Source of the DNA: Paraspadella gotoi
Lineage: Eukaryota > Animalia > Chaetognatha
Length of the DNA stretch: 11,713 nt
Direction of reading: 5' to 3'
Assembly (NCBI GenBank): GCA_051294375.1
Contig: CM119267.1
Location: 16,656,562-16,668,274, forward strand
Within the stretch, counting starts at the first letter, position 1. The number at the start of each line of letters is the position of its first letter. Shown in pieces: positions 9,750 through 11,713 of this stretch. Below the pieces are notes generated by a model. It did not search any database. It saw only the letters and a list, made by a program, of their open reading frames with translations, and was not told where the DNA came from. The position numbers and the translations under genes were made by a program.

Positions 9750-10240
9750 AGTTATCGCATGAGAGAAGGAAGCACAAACCTCGAGCAAGAATACAAACAC
9801 GTAATATATATTCTTCCTCCTTTCCAATATCAACTTCAGCGAACTCTCGAGTCGATCCCTCGAAAAAGTGTTTACTCTAGACAGGGAATGTTGCAGCCGC
9901 GATGCAATCGAAACTTCAACTATCATTGAAAAAGGGATCAAGATCAATAGAAATATTCGGTTAGAATTTTCACACACGCGTTACTTGACCACTCTGACCG
10001 ACTGACGGACCCTAAAGATCAGACTCAAGATGTGGATCTTTCAATGAGGTTTAGTTTGAAGAGATAAAGCTCGATGCTCTTTTGTTGAGAACAGGAAGGA
10101 GCTCGAAGGAAGAAGGAAACGATATGATTCGCACCATGGATTGAGACCGTCCTTTGCTGCCATCTGGCAAAAAGTCCGCGCATTATCATGGGGAACGAGA
10201 GGAACAAAAGGCCTTCCGCGTAGCGGAATGAAGAATTGGG
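9750..10240 (+). mobile_element. Highly degenerate Tc1/mariner-superfamily transposase relic (catalytic domain, maT/DD37D Bmmar1-like); non-functional
   Basis: Manual + strand translation in the frame with E at 9928 reads IIEKGIKINRNI...KMWIFQ*GLV*RDKAR...HHGLRPSFAAIW. This matches, in order and spacing, the family motifs as I recall them: EKG(I/V)K, WxFQQDSAPxHKA(R/K) and SPDLNPxDYxxW. Upstream frameshifted pieces LSHER, LEQEYKH and PRKSV resemble FxDEK, xEQxxNxQN and PxSVMVW. There are several stops and the catalytic Asp residues are lost. No database search was run. Confidence 0.6.
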
Positions 10241-10626
10241 TCAAAAATATACTTTTGGGGGGGACAATATACGTCTTCAGAATGTTAAATAAAAGCTAAT
10301 ATTTATTGTTACATTTAGAATAATAATTAAAACCTAAAACAATGTCGAGTAATGAAACATTTTAGTACGATATATCATATTTTATTCGTAAAAATATCCT
10401 AATATGTTAAATGTTAAAATGCCTAAGAGGCCCTGACATTCGGCTCCTTCGAGAAGCAACTCACGCGGTGCCGATTCTGCTCCGCAATATATATTCCGCG
10501 CCAGTCGGAATTCTAGATTCCCAGTTTGACCTTTGAACTCGAAAACACGGCGCAGGTTAAACGATTTCGGCGGCGAATATCAAATGACCCTCGTGTTTAT
10601 TTCTGTTTGACTCGTAAATACTGATG

Positions 10627-10648
10627 TTTTTTTTTTTTTTTTTTTTTT
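10627..10648. repeat. Poly(T)22 homopolymer
   Basis: 22 consecutive T. Confidence 0.95.
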
Positions 10649-10699
10649 GGCTGAGAACTAAAAGTCGAAAAGTATCCACAAAAAAATATGGCCTGGCAG

Positions 10700-10996
10700 T
10701 TTCTTTTTTTTTTCCTATTATTTTATTTAGTATTTTCTCCTTCTTTTTTTTAGTTAGTCTTCTTATCTTTTATCTTAATTTTTAATTTTTCTGTTTTATA
10801 TTTTTTTTTCGTATTTTTTTTAAATTTTTTTATTCTTTTTCGGTTTTCCATATTTTTCTTCCTATCACTTTTCCTAATTTCTCTTTTATATTTTTAAAAA
10901 ATTCTATAAGATTAAATATTTTACTAATTACTACAGATTTCGTCAATTTCTTTTTCAAATTTCTCTATCGCTTGGTAGTTTTTTTTATTTTTTTTG
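10700..10996. repeat. T-rich low-complexity region
   Basis: Many T runs and very low GC. Confidence 0.75.
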
Positions 10997-11143
10997 GGGA
11001 GAGTCTGTGTCTGAAAAGGTGATTGCTTGTTATCCTGCGCCCAAGCTTTCTCGGCGCTATTGTCTGTTTCGGCACTTCTACCTGCCATAGTCACTCCACC
11101 GCCTTTTGAAGGACGACCCCATAACGATAACGACGATGGCTTA

Positions 11144-11144
<1 letters not shown>

Positions 11145-11177
<33 letters not shown>
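11145..11177. repeat. (GAC)11 trinucleotide microsatellite
   Basis: 33-nt perfect repeat with degenerate units on both sides. Confidence 0.97.
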
Positions 11178-11292
11178 ACCGACGCCGCACCGATTACAGC
11201 GACTTTCGACGAGAGTTCTTGTTTATGAAGCGCCGGCCTCGAGCGAGACAATAACGCGCCTTGATGGGATTACGGACCCCGGGGGGTGTTCG

Positions 11293-11541
11293 NNNNNNNN
11301 NNNNNNNNNNNNNNNNNNNNNNNNNNNNNNNNNNNNNNNNNNNNNNNNNNNNNNNNNNNNNNNNNNNNNNNNNNNNNNNNNNNNNNNNNNNNNNNNNNNN
11401 NNNNNNNNNNNNNNNNNNNNNNNNNNNNNNNNNNNNNNNNNNNNNNNNNNNNNNNNNNNNNNNNNNNNNNNNNNNNNNNNNNNNNNNNNNNNNNNNNNNN
11501 NNNNNNNNNNNNNNNNNNNNNNNNNNNNNNNNNNNNNNNNN
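11293..11541. other. Assembly gap (249 N)
   Basis: Run of N. Confidence 0.99.
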
Positions 11542-11713
11542 TGGGGAATAAGATTTGATTGTCATGAGAGCGAGATCGAAAACCGCGATAACGATTGCGC
11601 CGAGGGGTTTTCATGTCGAGACGTTGGAACGACATCTCCCGCCATCGCCGTTTTAACGACGTTGTTCATTTGTACAAATGTCTGGGAAAGATTGAGGAGA
11701 GCGTCGAAAGAGG

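Noticed and set aside
9702-10244. Minus-strand ORFs of 91, 60 and 67 aa
   Set aside because: They are antisense to the transposase relic and have no independent coding signal.
9644-10280. Possible terminal inverted repeats of the transposon relic (gtcaggagaaaattgtcac at 9644-9662 versus gggacaatatacgtcttcag at 10261-10280)
   Set aside because: Only a short gacaat core matches cleanly and no TA target-site duplication is evident, so it cannot be distinguished from chance.
10627-10996. Poly(T)22 as the tail of a minus-strand retroposed element
   Set aside because: The adjacent sequence is T-rich low complexity, with no SINE/LINE body, Pol III boxes or target-site duplication visible.
1-11713. 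CRISPR array, tRNA/rRNA, prokaryotic operon or a novel defence/editing system
   Set aside because: No regularly spaced repeat-spacer units, RNA gene signatures or gene-dense organisation. The insertion-only divergence between the copies superficially suggests an editing-like process, but sequencing error is the far simpler explanation.

Overview
Gappy draft-assembly DNA from a eukaryote. It is AT-rich but rich in CpG, with many (CT)n/(GA)n, (TTTC)n, (GAAAA)n and (GAC)n microsatellites, which suggests an invertebrate, possibly an arthropod (inference). There are seven N-gaps and no intact, recognisable protein-coding gene, RNA gene or CRISPR array; most of the long listed ORFs are low-complexity or N-gap artefacts, and the rest show no recognisable domain. 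Two structures stand out. (1) About 2770-6700 is a colinear, same-strand, insertion-riddled copy of about 7461-9690. It lies about 360 bp downstream of a gap of exactly 25 N and most likely is an unpolished long-read gap-fill (a false duplication), though it seems to reveal what is hidden in the N-gaps of the clean copy. (2) About 9750-10240 is a heavily decayed Tc1/mariner-superfamily transposase fossil, closest to the maT/DD37D (Bmmar1-like) type, which the ORF track misses. Weaker signals are a cluster of YY1/PHO-type motifs near GA repeats, a candidate 27-nt microexon and a cluster of paired-domain-like sites. I found no credible evidence for a novel biological system.
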